Assembly (NCBI GenBank): GCA_017454485.1
Contig: JAFTCX010000042.1
Span: 32,178 to 96,177, forward strand
Origin: Clostridia bacterium
Lineage (GTDB): Bacteria > Bacillota > Clostridia > Oscillospirales > Acutalibacteraceae
Length of the DNA stretch: 64,000 bases
Reading direction: 5' to 3'
Part shown: positions 63,758 to 64,000 of the stretch, in pieces
How the letters are laid out: the number at the start of each line of letters is the position of its first letter
Position numbering within the stretch: position 1 is the stretch's first letter
Notes under the pieces: generated by a model
Databases searched by the model: none
The model's input: the letters and a program-made list of their open reading frames with translations, nothing else
Told to the model about the DNA's origin: nothing
Made by a program: the position numbers and the translations under genes

Positions 63758-64000
63758 TTAAATACCGAGCAATGCGCAGATTTTGACATAAAAACGCACG
63801 ATCGGCTCGAGGATCTTCTTTTCAAAACTCCAGATATCCTCGCAGTTGCGTTTCAGCGCAGAGGTAGTTGGATCCGTCTCCATTTCCGACGCGCTCGCCG
63901 GATGGATTCTTTGCACCTCGTTTTGACAAAGCAGACCGTCCTCGCTGTATTTCAGGAAGACAAACTTGTTTTCAAAGAAGCGGATCGCGCCGAGGGTGAG
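63758..64000 (-). CDS. C-terminal part of an unidentified protein. The gene starts beyond the right edge and is absent from the ORF track.
   Basis: The reverse-strand frame is open from 64000 to the TAA at 63758..63760 (...ALKRNCEDIWSFEKKILEPIVRFYVKICALLGI*). No family recognised. Confidence 0.4.
   Translation of the reverse strand, partial: LTLGAIRFFENKFVFLKYSEDGLLCQNEVQRIHPASASEMETDPTTSALKRNCEDIWSFEKKILEPIVRFYVKICALLGI

Noticed and set aside
1-64000. Search for mobile elements, prophage, defence islands, tRNA/rRNA genes and CRISPR.
   Set aside because: No integrase, transposase, nuclease, helicase or ATPase-type defence genes were seen. No inverted terminal repeats or cloverleaf-sized structured intergenic regions were found, and the intergenic gaps are short and explained by promoters and terminators.

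Overview
This is a 64-kb chromosomal segment from a moderately GC-rich, Gram-positive-type anaerobe. The Clostridia-like assignment is an inference from gene content, AGGAGG ribosome-binding sites and sigmaA-type promoters. I found no rRNA, tRNA, CRISPR array, transposase, integrase or prophage genes.

Layout, left to right:
1. Minus-strand housekeeping array frr-uppS-cdsA-dxr-rseP-(small membrane protein)-ispG-polC. polC runs off the left edge, so it is missing from the ORF track.
2. A tightly packed nine-gene minus-strand operon (8955..18312) with its own promoter. It encodes a FucI-like isomerase, an MtnK-family kinase, a nucleotidyltransferase, two B12-type radical SAM enzymes, a GtrB-like GT2 and two polytopic membrane proteins.
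3. A small orphan gene, a secreted protein, a GPH sugar transporter and a membrane protein.
4. A plus-strand Fe-ADH, then a radical SAM/SPASM enzyme fused to a JAB/MPN domain, then an 80-aa Asp-Pro-rich Cys/Tyr peptide.
5. A DUF218 membrane protein, LytS-type kinase and REC-SARP regulator in one operon.
6. A ~1890-aa secreted protein with GLUG-like and Listeria/Bacteroides-type repeats and many CxxC/His modules.
7. An alpha/beta hydrolase, RsbW-like kinase, STAS-APH fusion kinase and small alarmone hydrolase module.
8. M16 peptidase-proB-proA, a membrane-anchored protein, an unannotated 51-aa sORF, a YhhN-family protein, a second GPH transporter, and trkH-trkA.
9. A multidomain flavodiiron protein.
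10. A complete aromatic amino-acid operon, aroF-tyrA-aroB-aroA-aroC-pheA-aroE/K-aroQ. A Tyr/Phe-rich leader peptide and terminator precede it.
11. A GH3/PA14 glycosidase, two lipoproteins and a partial gene at the right edge.

The best candidates for undescribed biology are the rSAM/SPASM-JAB fusion with its adjacent peptide, the nine-gene envelope operon, the STAS-kinase partner-switching-like module, and the Cys/His-rich giant surface protein. All functional calls come from motifs read by eye. No database searches were run.
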